Source: Haliotis rufescens (Eukaryota). From it: a stretch of 64,000 nt of DNA. The stretch is from positions 35,588,001-35,652,000 of the forward strand of contig NW_025964001.1 in the NCBI RefSeq assembly GCF_023055435.1. Reading direction: 5' to 3'. The notes beneath the pieces are model-generated. The model was not told the origin of the DNA. It did not search any database and saw only the letters and a list, made by a program, of their open reading frames with translations. Both the position numbers and the translations under genes were made by a program. Shown here one piece after another: positions 38,327-49,554 of the stretch; position 1 is the stretch's first letter, and each line of letters opens with the position of its first letter.

Positions 38327-38800
38327 AAGAACCCGACTCCCCTGCCGCCTCCCTCCCTCCCTCCTTCTCCCTCCCTCCCTCCTCCTCCCTCCTCCTCCCT
38401 CCCTCCACCACCACCGCCTTTTCGATGTTTAGAACAACAACAACAAAACTCTTTTCTTGTTCACCTTTTACGACCTCTTCTCTGGGTTTTTCCCCCCTTC
38501 CCTTCCCTCCTCCTCCTCCACCGGAAACGGAGGCGACGCCCTCTTGGAGGTGCGCGCGCCACCGGACACGGAGGCGACGCCCTCTTGGAGGTGCGCGCCA
38601 CCGGAAACGGATGCGCAGCCCTCTTGGAGGCGCACGCCACCGGTAACGGATGAGCCGCCATCTTGGAGGCGCGCGCAGGTCCCATCATGCCCCGCGCGCA
38701 TGCGCAGGTCACGTGACCGGAAGTGACGTCACAGAGGTCACGTGATCCTCTCGACCAATCAGAAGCCAGGAGCGGCCCTGGACCGATGCTACCAACTACT
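38327..38800 (-). repeat. Right terminal inverted repeat (intact end AGTAGT on the minus strand; four 39-bp units)
   Basis: Inverted counterpart of 28455-28883. Confidence 0.9.
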
Positions 38801-40389
38801 CTTATGCTTTGAACAAGGAACAAAGTCACTAAGGTTGAAATGAAAGAATTAAAAAAAATCAAAATGTAACCATGGAACAGAGAAACTATTCTAACTGTTT
38901 AGAGTGGGCACGGGGATCGGGGTGGGGACAGTCCTCTAAGGCGCTGCAATTTTCTGTGCAGAGTTGCGTTCTTTGGCCACGCGATCGTGAGTCCAAATCC
39001 CGGTTCGCCCCGGTTATGTGTCTGGATTTGTCATCATAATACCCGTGCTAGTGGGTTTCATCAAAGTGGTAAACGACTGAAACTTCAACACTTCGGGCTT
39101 TCCTCCCAAGCTGACACGCCGTGATATGAATAGAATACTATTCAAAACAGGGTTAAACACAACACACTCACTCACTCTCTCACCAACTGTTCAGATGAAA
39201 TTGAGAGGAGGGCATCTGTATTGTTTCACCACGGGTGTTTTAAGATGGCAGAAGGGAAGATCCTGGAGAAAATGGTATCTGAATAGATTTTCGTAGTTTT
39301 ATCTTATCTTCCTAGAAGAGTTTATTTTGGATCCACGATTTTGCCGACTGATTTTGGCTAGGTAGATTATTACTTGTATGTATATTTATAAGAGCATAAA
39401 AACTTAAACACACAATGAAATATTTCCAGGGACAACTAGAAAGTGGAGATACAGACTGTTTACATACCTACGTGAGACTTGTGTAAAATGTCGTTCCATT
39501 AGGTGTAACTAAATACTCGCTCTTTCTATAACATAGCCTCAAATGCAGAATTGCACTTTGAGTACGCAAATCATAGATATGATTATTCATGATGTCTTGG
39601 GTTTGGTCTCGATCACATTACCGTGGAGATGACTAATCAATCAGGAATGTGCCTTTCAATGAAACAGGAGACGTCAAGTATTCTCACTGAACTGCTGATA
39701 CTGTCAGATTTTCAGTGATCTAATCATATAATTTTCACCGTTATTTCGGCTTACACGGCCAGTAGTATCTGTTTCGGCAGGTAATACGATTGTATTGATT
39801 CTCTGATGTTGATGTTTCATATTTTCGAATGAGGTCAAGATCTATAGACGTCCCATGAAGAACCAATGTTCAAATCTTTGTTTAATTCGGGACAATCACA
39901 GCAGTTTCCAATCATTAAAGTTGAACTATTGATAACTACCCGAACACCCGTCATATGTCGTTACTTTGTTAAACTTTGTTAAACTTTCAATGAAAGTTTC
40001 ACCATCAAAGGCTTGGTTGCGTCACTTGAGACACTTTCTGGTAGACATTCAGGGGAATGTGCTAAATATGACACTGTTTTGTCAACATAATTCGCGATCC
40101 TTGCTATGACCTTGGCATGGATTTTTCACAACTCCTGACAAACCAGTACTTTGATAACCTGGCGGATCATTCATCGTATTATCAATCATGGTATTGTCAA
40201 ACAGACATGTTTTAATGAACATTGCGTAAAAGGCGGGTCCTACCGGTAGGGCAGGATATGTTTTCCTTTTCCAAATGTCATCGTGCTTGTCAGTGATCCA
40301 TAAATTTCCATCACTAGTTTGCCTGTGACACCCTATGGAATCTGTTTAAGGAGATTTTCGAGACTATTCTCTGGCGTTGACGTTTTGAA

Positions 40390-41790
40390 TTTAAAGTGTC
40401 CATAGTATTCATTGTGGCCATTGGTTTTGTGTGTCCATTGCTCTCAAAGTAACCATGGATGCAGTATGTCAATTACTTTCATTGCTCGTATGGGTTAAGT
40501 TTGTCCATTGCTTTCATTGCCAGCATCGGTTTTAGTGTGTAAATTACTTTCATTGTAAGCATGGATTTAGTGTATCAACTACGTTCAATGTAAGTGTGGG
40601 TTTAGTGTTTCCACGGGTTACACTGTATCAATCGGTTTTAGTGTGTCAGTTACTTCCATTGTAGCCGTGGTTAAGTGTCTCCATGGGTTTTGCTGTAACC
40701 ATAGATTTGAGTGTGCCATTGCTTTCATTGTAGCCAGGGGTGTAGTGTGTCCATCGCTTTCATTGTAGCCATAGGTTAAGTGCGTCCATGGATTTAGTGT
40801 GCCCATTGCTCTCATTGTAGCCATGGGTTTGTGTGTCATTGTAGCCATTGGTTTAGTTTGTCCATTGCTTTCATTGTAGTTATTGGTTTAGTGTGTCCAT
40901 GGGTTTAGTGTGTCATCGTAGCCATTGGTTTAGTGTGTCATTTTAGCCATGGGTTCAGTGTGTCATTGTAGCCATTGGTTTAGTGTGTCCATTGCTTTCA
41001 TTGTAGCCATTGATTAAGTGCGTCCATGGGTTTAGTGTTTCAATTGTTTTTATTGTAGCCATGGGTTTAGTGTGTCCATTGCTTTCATTGTAGCCATTGG
41101 TTAAGTGTGTCCATTGCTTTCATTGTAGCCATTGGATTAGTGTGCCCATTGCTTTCATTGTAACCATTGGTTAAGTGCGTCCATGGGTTTAGTGTGTCAA
41201 TTGCTTTTATTGTAGCCATGGGTTTAGTGTGTCCATTGCTTTCATTGTAGCCATTGGTTAAGTGTGTCCATTGCTTTCATTGTAGCCATTGGTTAAGTGC
41301 GTCCATTGCTTTCATTGAAGCCATTGGTGAAAGTGCGTCCATGGGTTTATTGTGTCCTTTGCTTTCATTGTAGCCATGGGTTTAGTGTTCCAATAGTGTG
41401 TCATCGTAGCCATTGGTTTAGTGTGTCATTGTAGCCATGGGTTTAGTGTGTCATTGTAGCCATTGGTTTAGTGTGTCCATTGCTTTCATTGTAGCCATTG
41501 ATTAAGTGCGTCCATGGGTTTAGTGTGTCAATTGCTTTTATTGTAGCCATGGGTTTAGTGTGTCCATTGCTTTTATTGTAGCCATTAGTTAAGTGCGTCC
41601 ATGGGTTTAGTGTGTCCATTGCTTTCATTGTAGCCATTGGTTTAGTGTGTCCATTGCTTTTATTGTAGCCATTGGTTAAGTGCGTCCATGGGTTTAGTGT
41701 GTCCATTGCTTTCATTGTAGCCATTGGTTTTGTGTGTCCATTGCTTTCATTGCAGCCATGGCTTTTATGTGTCCATTGCTTTAACTTTAA
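40390..41790. repeat. Satellite array, paralogue of 11280-13360
   Basis: Same ~35-bp unit, with a different length and unit order. Confidence 0.9.
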
Positions 41791-42625
41791 CCATTGATTG
41801 TTATTTGCTTTATGTGCACCGATCTGTGCAATTGGGATACGATGACATGCATCAACCAAGTCAGCGAACCTGACCACCCGATCCCGCTAGCCTCCTCTTT
41901 CGACAAGTATGGGTTGCTATTTTCCACCTGGATCTTCACGGGTTCATTGCTATAGTAAAAGTGTCAGAACAAAGAACGAACCCAGATAATACTTTTTTTT
42001 CCAATACCTCTGATATAACTGTATTCTGTTTTACCGTATGGCTTTTACATAGTTATCGTTGATCTAAGATGATGAGGTATAAGATACGTTCATTTTCTTG
42101 AATAATGTATAGAAATGAAATCATTGCCAATAACGTAGAGCTAAATGATAATCTAAGTGGCCCATAAATCCATTCCCAATATCCGAACATTCACATAAGC
42201 CATAACGATAAGTACCAGCGAGTGCATTAGGGCCTAAATTACTGTCACCCTCGAAACCAAGATGAAGGAGTTCAGCGTTTCTCGCCTGCAACAAGCCCAC
42301 GACGAGCCTGAGAAGCAAGAAGCGACAGACATAAACGAGTAAGGAAGGTGATGTAATGCGTGCGTGCGTGCGTGCGCGTGTGTGTCGTTTAAACAGTTAT
42401 AATGACGCCCCATCTAGCACATGATATAGTTTGCGGTAGACTTTCATAATTGATTATAATTGTGATATTTTAGCCGTACTAAAGTCATTTCCATACTATG
42501 GAAGTCATTTGTCAAAATTGAAAGGCATTCTTAAAAGTCGAAACTTATATCACGTGATGTTACTCAGTGATACAAGATATGAAGTATGTAGAAAGAGCTT
42601 CACAATCGTTGGACTTCTCGGAGAA

Positions 42626-45600
42626 ATGGGGAGCATTCTACTCCTAAGACTGTATGTGAGTCTTTTGGGCACCTCGGAAGTGTCATCGCTGGTCCTTTCT
42701 TGTATGTTTTCGCAATCAAATATAGAAGACGATGCATGGAATGAGAGGAGGATGGACCAACCAAGATCCCGTCTCCAGTGTACCGAAGTTTGTCTGAGGG
42801 ACGAGAGATGCAGAGGAATCCGATTCAGGAGATCGGAATGCAACATCACTGACCAGGCCGTTACAGCGAGTGCCCTCGGGGGGCCAATCAGGTATTATAG
42901 ATTCAGGTGTTGCGAACTGGGAACGGCTACGGCATCTGCAACGCCACCGTCGAGGACGTCTTTAGATCATAGACTAACAACAGCGATGCCACTCACACCG
43001 TCACCTAAGCTAGGTACCACGATGGTGATATCGAAACGGCTTGCATCAAAATCACCGCCGCCTCTCACACCCAAGGCGCATTTTTCAACAGTTTCAAGGC
43101 AAAGAAATATGTCAATTTCAACGGACATCGTAGTAGTATCGCCGCCTGCAATGGCAGATAAAACAAACCCATTTGTGACTCAACTAATGTCAATCTCCAG
43201 AACAGCATCAACAGCACCGACGGAAACTGCGGTGGCAACTACAGGTGATATATGTCCAAGAATATGAATCATAAATTTCCAACCAAAGGAGAGGAATGCT
43301 AGTCAAGGGTCGCNNNNNNNNNNNNNNNNNNNNNNNNNNNNNNNNNNNNNNNNNNNNNNNNNNNNNNNNNNNNNNNNNNNNNNNNNNNNNNNNNNNNNNN
43401 NNNNNNNNNNNNNNNNNNNNNNNNNNNNNNNNNNNNNNNNNNNNNNNNNNNNNNNNNNNNNNNNNNNNNNNNNNNNNNNNNNNNNNNNNNNNNNTGTGTG
43501 AGATGTTCAGTCCTGTTATAGCCAAAGTGTGGTATTTTGAAGTATTCCCTCACGTTTTCCAATTGCAGAGAGTCCATGTGCCCTTTATAACATAACCGTC
43601 AAAACAGGAACGGATAGAGGGGCTGGTACCAACTCCAATGTTCTGCTCAGTCTCCTGGGGAGCCAAGGGAACTTCACACATGAATTAGAAAACGTCGACG
43701 GTGATGACTTTGAATCTGGTTGTACAGACATATTCCAGGTATCATTAATACGTATTTTTTTACTTCATATCAAATGACCCTCCCAGATATTCATTACATT
43801 TCCAGACACCGTAACTCCGGATGGAGAGGATGAGAACCAAGGACAACGTCGTTATATCGGGAGTTCGATATTCACATGATATAAAAAGTTGTATCATTAA
43901 AGGGAACTTCTAGAGGATTTGGATAATTGGGAGACGATCATAATGTGTTTTTGATAATTGAGGTTTTCGTTAAGTATTCGATCACCTGAAAATCCTTTTG
44001 GAAGCCATTGTTTTATCGACAGTTCGATATCCACATGATATATGGGATGTTTTTGATGCACTATTGTACTGAAAATGACAACATTCCTAAAATTGGTGTT
44101 TGCCCTTCAGAACTGGTTCTATTTGTCTGATGTTTAATGCTAAAATTTAATAAGGTCCTCACCTAATGCTTGTCATATTAGGGCCCAGTCGTCTAAGGCG
44201 CCGCGACTCGCTGTGCATAGTTGCGTCCCACGCCAGAAACCTCTGATTGTGGGTTCGAATCCCGGGTCGCCCCGATTATGTTTCGAGGTTTGTCAGCACC
44301 ATACCCGTGCTTGTGGGTTTCACCGAAGTGGTAAACTTCAGAGATCTGCATCACTTCGGGTTTTCCTCCCACATTAAGCTGACACGCCGTGATATAACTG
44401 GAATAATGCTCAAAGCGGCGTTTACCACAACTCGCTCACTCCTATGTTCTCACCAACTTCAAGAATCGAACGGTTTACCTGGGATAATCTTCCTGAAGTT
44501 TGAACTGATGAGTTCATGAATTATTTGCTAATGAGTTATAGATTTCTAATTGATTCTTAACTTCTTATTTTCTAAATGATATACCCCGTTTTCTTATAAT
44601 CTGGTTATCTGCAAATTTCCTTTACCTTCATCATCGCGGATATATCATTTTGAGGCAACGTCTTGTTCCGTTATCGTCATCTTCATCATTCAGCTGATGA
44701 AGGGGCAAGAACTACCCTTGAAACACTGGGTACAGCAATACAGAAGCTGAATCTTCTTGTATCATGTGCCTCTTGATTGACTATCATTCTCTATTGTTAT
44801 TACAGTTTGGGGATGAATGTATTGGTGAGATGGTGAACATGACTTTGAAGGTCATACCTTCCGGTGTATCGCCAGCATGGCAACTAGAATGGGTTCGTAT
44901 TTTGCCACCATCATTATTTAACAGTACATTTGCGTTAAAACATGAATAATATTTGAATTTCTTTTCCATCGTACTCATGTCATTTGACATGTCAAAGCAT
45001 CTGTCTTGCACGATGTGTGCGCATAGGAACACTTCTCGATCTTTCTTTCAAACAAATACAACCAAGATTCTGGGGAGCAAAAGTCCATCAATGTCCCAAT
45101 GGCATGCGTGATGAAAGAACCGATTGAAGAGGTTCAGTTATGTGCCTGTTTCAAACTCGAATGTTATCAGCTCGACATGCTATACTTTCTCTACACTGAA
45201 AACATGTCATGTTTATCTCCATTTTACCATGGCACAATTGGGAAGTGGCGTGGCATGGTTTAAGTCTCATGTTTTAAGTGGATTTGATTTTGGTTTTGTG
45301 AATTTGACCGTAATCGCCACAAGTTAATTTTCTCACATTTAGATCTGCGAGAGATGAATTTACTAATTATGATGTAAATTTAATTGCAAAACTTACGCTG
45401 ATTGAAAAAGGTACAGTGATAAATGCAGTCTAACATATTGTTTTACGTTTAATTTTCAGTATATTTAGTAACTTTCAATCGTACACCCATACATGTGCTG
45501 TTCCAATAAGACTTTTAAAAGACATACTAATTAAACTGTAAGTGAACAAAAGATTGTCTGATACCAGAACGACGTTATAGTATATATTGCATTTGTAAGG

Positions 45601-47674
45601 TCATATATAGCGTTAATCATTCGTAGGAAACATGATTTGCAACATATGACGAAAACCGAATTTGCTCTGCGATTTCAAAACACGATGGGTAGTAGTCTTA
45701 ACTGTTTGACGCTGCAACTCTGTTGTACTAAAGTACGCTCCATTGATCACGACGATAAATGTCGTAGTGCTCTCGCCATTCGCTGTGCAGAGTTGCGCCC
45801 CTTGGACACGCCAGATACCTCTGATAGTGGGTTCGAATCCCGGATCGCCGTAATTCTGTTTATAGGTTTGTCAGTACCATACCCGTGCTAGTGAATTCAG
45901 TGGAGTAATGGTCTTGTCTTCTGAACCTCATGATCAGATGCTGTCTTCACTATTGATCAGATGTTATCTTCACCAAGCTAGACGTGTCTGACGTTGACGT
46001 CGAAGCAAAATATGGTTGTCTTGTTGACATAACGTCATAATTATATCATGAGCATGTGTTCATAAATCACCATCAAATAGTAATGGTACCAGGTGTTGGC
46101 GAAAAGGTGAGCGTATCCTGCCCACCGGTGGCACTCGCCACAAACACATGCAAAGGCAAGTCAATTGTTCACCTGGAAAAAACACGGGAACTCATGGTAC
46201 AAGTCACAATAGGGAATTGCACCGCGTGTTTTGTCACCGATGCGTCAAATTTGTGAATGACCTCCACGTGTCTACCATAAAACTTTTTGAAAGCTTTACT
46301 GGGGCCTTGAATGTTGTAACCTTGATCAAACAATTTCTGAGCAAGAGTCGCATGATGCTCTTTGAAATCTTGGTAGAAAGAGCATGCTCGATTGTATCTC
46401 AAAGTTGTCAAACCAAACGATTAAGGCTTGAGCTGCTGGAATATTGCTCGACATGAAGGGAAAGTTGACTATTGGAAAGTGAAAGTCACCTCTCTTGTCA
46501 TACAGTCTATATAGCATGTTATAGGACACGGTGATATTTAAATTTATATGTAAACAAACATTGTGTCAGCAAAAGTTTCAAAAAATATATCGCATATGAA
46601 AAGCCACCAAACAGTAATAGATACCCAGTATGATTAATTTTGTTATTACATATTCAATAGATGGTCAAATTGTACATAAGATTGTAACCGAAACTACACT
46701 ACAGTTTCGACTATATATTGTTAGTGAATTGACCAGAGCTACATCTTAAATAAAGTACAAGTATGTAATTTACTAGTTAATTCAGTTATGATTAATGGCA
46801 GTTCATCACTGATTTTCAGTGATCCATTCATATCATTTTGCTGACACTGCTATTTTGCCTTTAGAATCTGTTTCAGCCGAACATCGTGACCGATAATCGA
46901 GACTCGTTGTTCTCTGTCGTTGGCATTTTATATAGTAATGTATGTTTGGCAATTTTAGTTATGTTCATATGTAAACCTACTGCAGAGTGATTCCATTTTG
47001 TTGTGTAAAAATATATAAAAGGCGTGGCAATTCGCCGCGTTGAGAGATGTGCATAGTTGAGTCCCTCTGGGAACGCCAGAAACCTATAATCGTGGGTTCG
47101 AATCCCGGTTCGCCCCGATTCTGTTTATAGGTTTGTCAGCACCATACCCATTCTAACTGATGGCTGTCCTTCCACATTAAACTGACACGCCGTGATATAA
47201 CTGAAAGAGTGTTCAAAGGGGCGTAAAATCCAAAACTCACTCACAATACCATTGGGCGTAAAGGCAAAATAGCTGTGAAAATTATGTCAATGGTCCCTCA
47301 AATGGCATTTTGTATTTCAACCAGATACTTTCTTTATTAAAAACTATTTGTATATTGAAAATATCTATCATTTTTTAGACATTTTCTGTGACAATACATC
47401 CATATTATTTTCGATAAAATACAAAACCCCAAACCACTCACCCAAAGAATAGCAAATGGTCTGTCAGGTTTTACCGAAACAAACGTCAGACAGAATACTT
47501 ATTTTTCAGATCACGGTACAGATCAACATCTTCAGTGAAGGGGGACCCTCTAACACAACAACATACACAGCCGACGTGAACTCCTGGCTGGCTTGCACCT
47601 GGAATCCGTTTGTACCTGAGCCAGATGAACGGACATTACCCTTCAGGAAACTTCCGATATCCACTAAGGACTAG
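42626..47674 (+). CDS. Gene B copy 2: secreted PAN/Apple-like + mucin-like + PLAT protein (346 aa)
   Basis: Exons 42626-43244, 43569-43738, 44806-44892 and 47510-47674. Open 1041-nt CDS with splice sites conserved relative to copy 1. Confidence 0.82.
43314..43494. other. Assembly gap (N run)
   Basis: Run of N. The corresponding interval in copy 1 contains the (GA)n microsatellite at ~15089-15158. Confidence 0.99.
46080..46530 (-). mobile_element. Degraded Penelope-like RT fragment (duplicate of 18240-18700)
   Basis: LYDKRGDFHFPIVNFPFMSSNIPA...RYNRACSFYQDF...KAFKKFYGRH. Confidence 0.65.
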
Positions 47675-48696
47675 GGAGGATGAAGACAAGTCAGTCAGGC
47701 ATCACTGTCAAACGTTAGTCCTTCGAACCGAGTTGATCTGCTCATGTAGTCTTTCTCTCTGGAAACAGTGTTCATGATGCGGACATATACCTAAACTAAT
47801 TATCGTTTGCAGCAGAAAATAAACTACTTCCGAAACCAATTGTCATAATTATGTTAAACATAATTACCCTTCCCAACTCGTCATTCTTTTTATGATTTAA
47901 TGTGTCTTAATAGAATTTCTTTAACAAACTACGATATACATAGTATGCTTTAACGTGCTTTGGGTGGTTTTCAGTGCATGACGCTGCCTTGGTAGATAAG
48001 CGTTCAATCAACGTAACATTTTCATGGAGATTGGCAGACCTGCCCAGGCTGTGGCATGTGCTGTGTCTTCATGGGTATCACACACAACACGTCAACTGAC
48101 ACCTCTCGATTATCTGCCGAACAGATTCCATTTGGCGTAAAGGGCAAAATAACGGTGAAAATTTTAGGCATGGATCACTGAAAATCAGTGATGAGAACAG
48201 GTGTTCGCGAAAAGGATAATCATCTCCCTCCCCACCGGTAACACCCGTGACTCACAGAATTTGCATAAATATGCCCATCCAAGTGTCTTTCTAATAACAG
48301 CGGGGGACACACATCGTAGTCCATGTGGGGAATGGAATCTGGGTCTTTGAAGTGACGAGAGAATACAATAGGAGAAGAAACAAAGAACAAAGATGACGAA
48401 CTAAAGAATACATATGCATTTACTTTAAAAATGTACACAGTCTTTACAAAGACTCTACTCAGTATCGTCCCAGACATCTGTATTGTGTGTCAAGAAGCAA
48501 TATGTTTTGTTTTTATTAATCAACATTACAGTCTTTACTTCCGACTTGCAAAGAGGTTATTTCAAAGCTTTAAAAATTTAGAGTTACTTAAAGATCCTTT
48601 TTCAAGATTTACAAATCCACTTCACAATATTATTTCCGAAAAAAGACAAACGTTATCAAAACGTCTCTAGGCGCCGAAACACTAGTACTGCAAACG

Positions 48697-48842
48697 TAAT
48701 CATGATACCCATCCCAAACACAATCATGATACCCGTCCCAAACACAATCATGATACCCGTCCCAAACACAATCATGATACACGTCCCAAACACAATCATG
48801 ATACACGTCCCAAACACAATCATGATACTCGTATCAAACACA
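48697..48842. repeat. 24-bp minisatellite (CCCAAACACAATCATGATACACGT, ~6 units)
   Basis: Tandem units are visible; only ~2 units at the paralogous site (~20830-20880). Confidence 0.85.
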
Positions 48843-49554
48843 GCACCACCGAATAAGCATTTCTTGCGTTGTTAGCCACCATAAACCATGGGAGTGTACT
48901 CTCTTTTAAGAGGCAGTGTATTTCCCTGCTAATCAAGTTTCATCTCAAACGTTCCAGTATATCTTCTTCCCTCTTGTCAATATCAGAATGATCATTAATC
49001 GTGTTGGAGTCATCGAAATTAAAAAGAAAAAAAAACCCAGCTTAAATAAAGATTGTTTCGATAATGATTTTCTTTGCCGCAGTCATTAATATTCAATCTC
49101 TAGATCTGTAACGATGTTCGCAAGCAAACGAGTAAGGGTCAGGAAAGGCGGTGGTTGATAGTACGAGCAACGTTCCATGCCTTTTGGGTACGAGGACAAA
49201 TTATCATCCCTCGGGGCCCGTTTTACAAAGCGTTGCGGCAATCTCAGTGTTAAGGTCTATTAAAATTGATTGAAATTCTTTGATAGGCATTTCTTACGAG
49301 TTGACTGGTGACAACGTAGACACAATTTATGGAATTAACTTCTGTAATATGCTATTTTAGTGACGTTTCAGTCTTTGCTTGACAACGGAAGTGTGTGTTA
49401 TCCATAAATTGTGTCCTCGTTGTCAATCATGAATTGCTGAGGCCTTGTTGAGGCCCCTATAGCGGACATATTCGCGGGGTCTCAAATACGACATCACCCC
49501 CAATGCAATATCACAGAGATGTTCTTGGTGGAAAGAGCCATATTGTTCATCCAA

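Larger units (their letters stand above)
28455..38800 (-). mobile_element. Maverick/Polinton (adintovirus-like) element, 10,346 bp, lacking DNA polymerase B
   Basis: 6-bp TSD CTTATG (28449-28454, 38801-38806), termini AGTA.../...ACTACT and long TIRs. Carries integrase, ATPase, MCP, mCP and protease genes. Empty site at 9925-9930. Confidence 0.95.
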
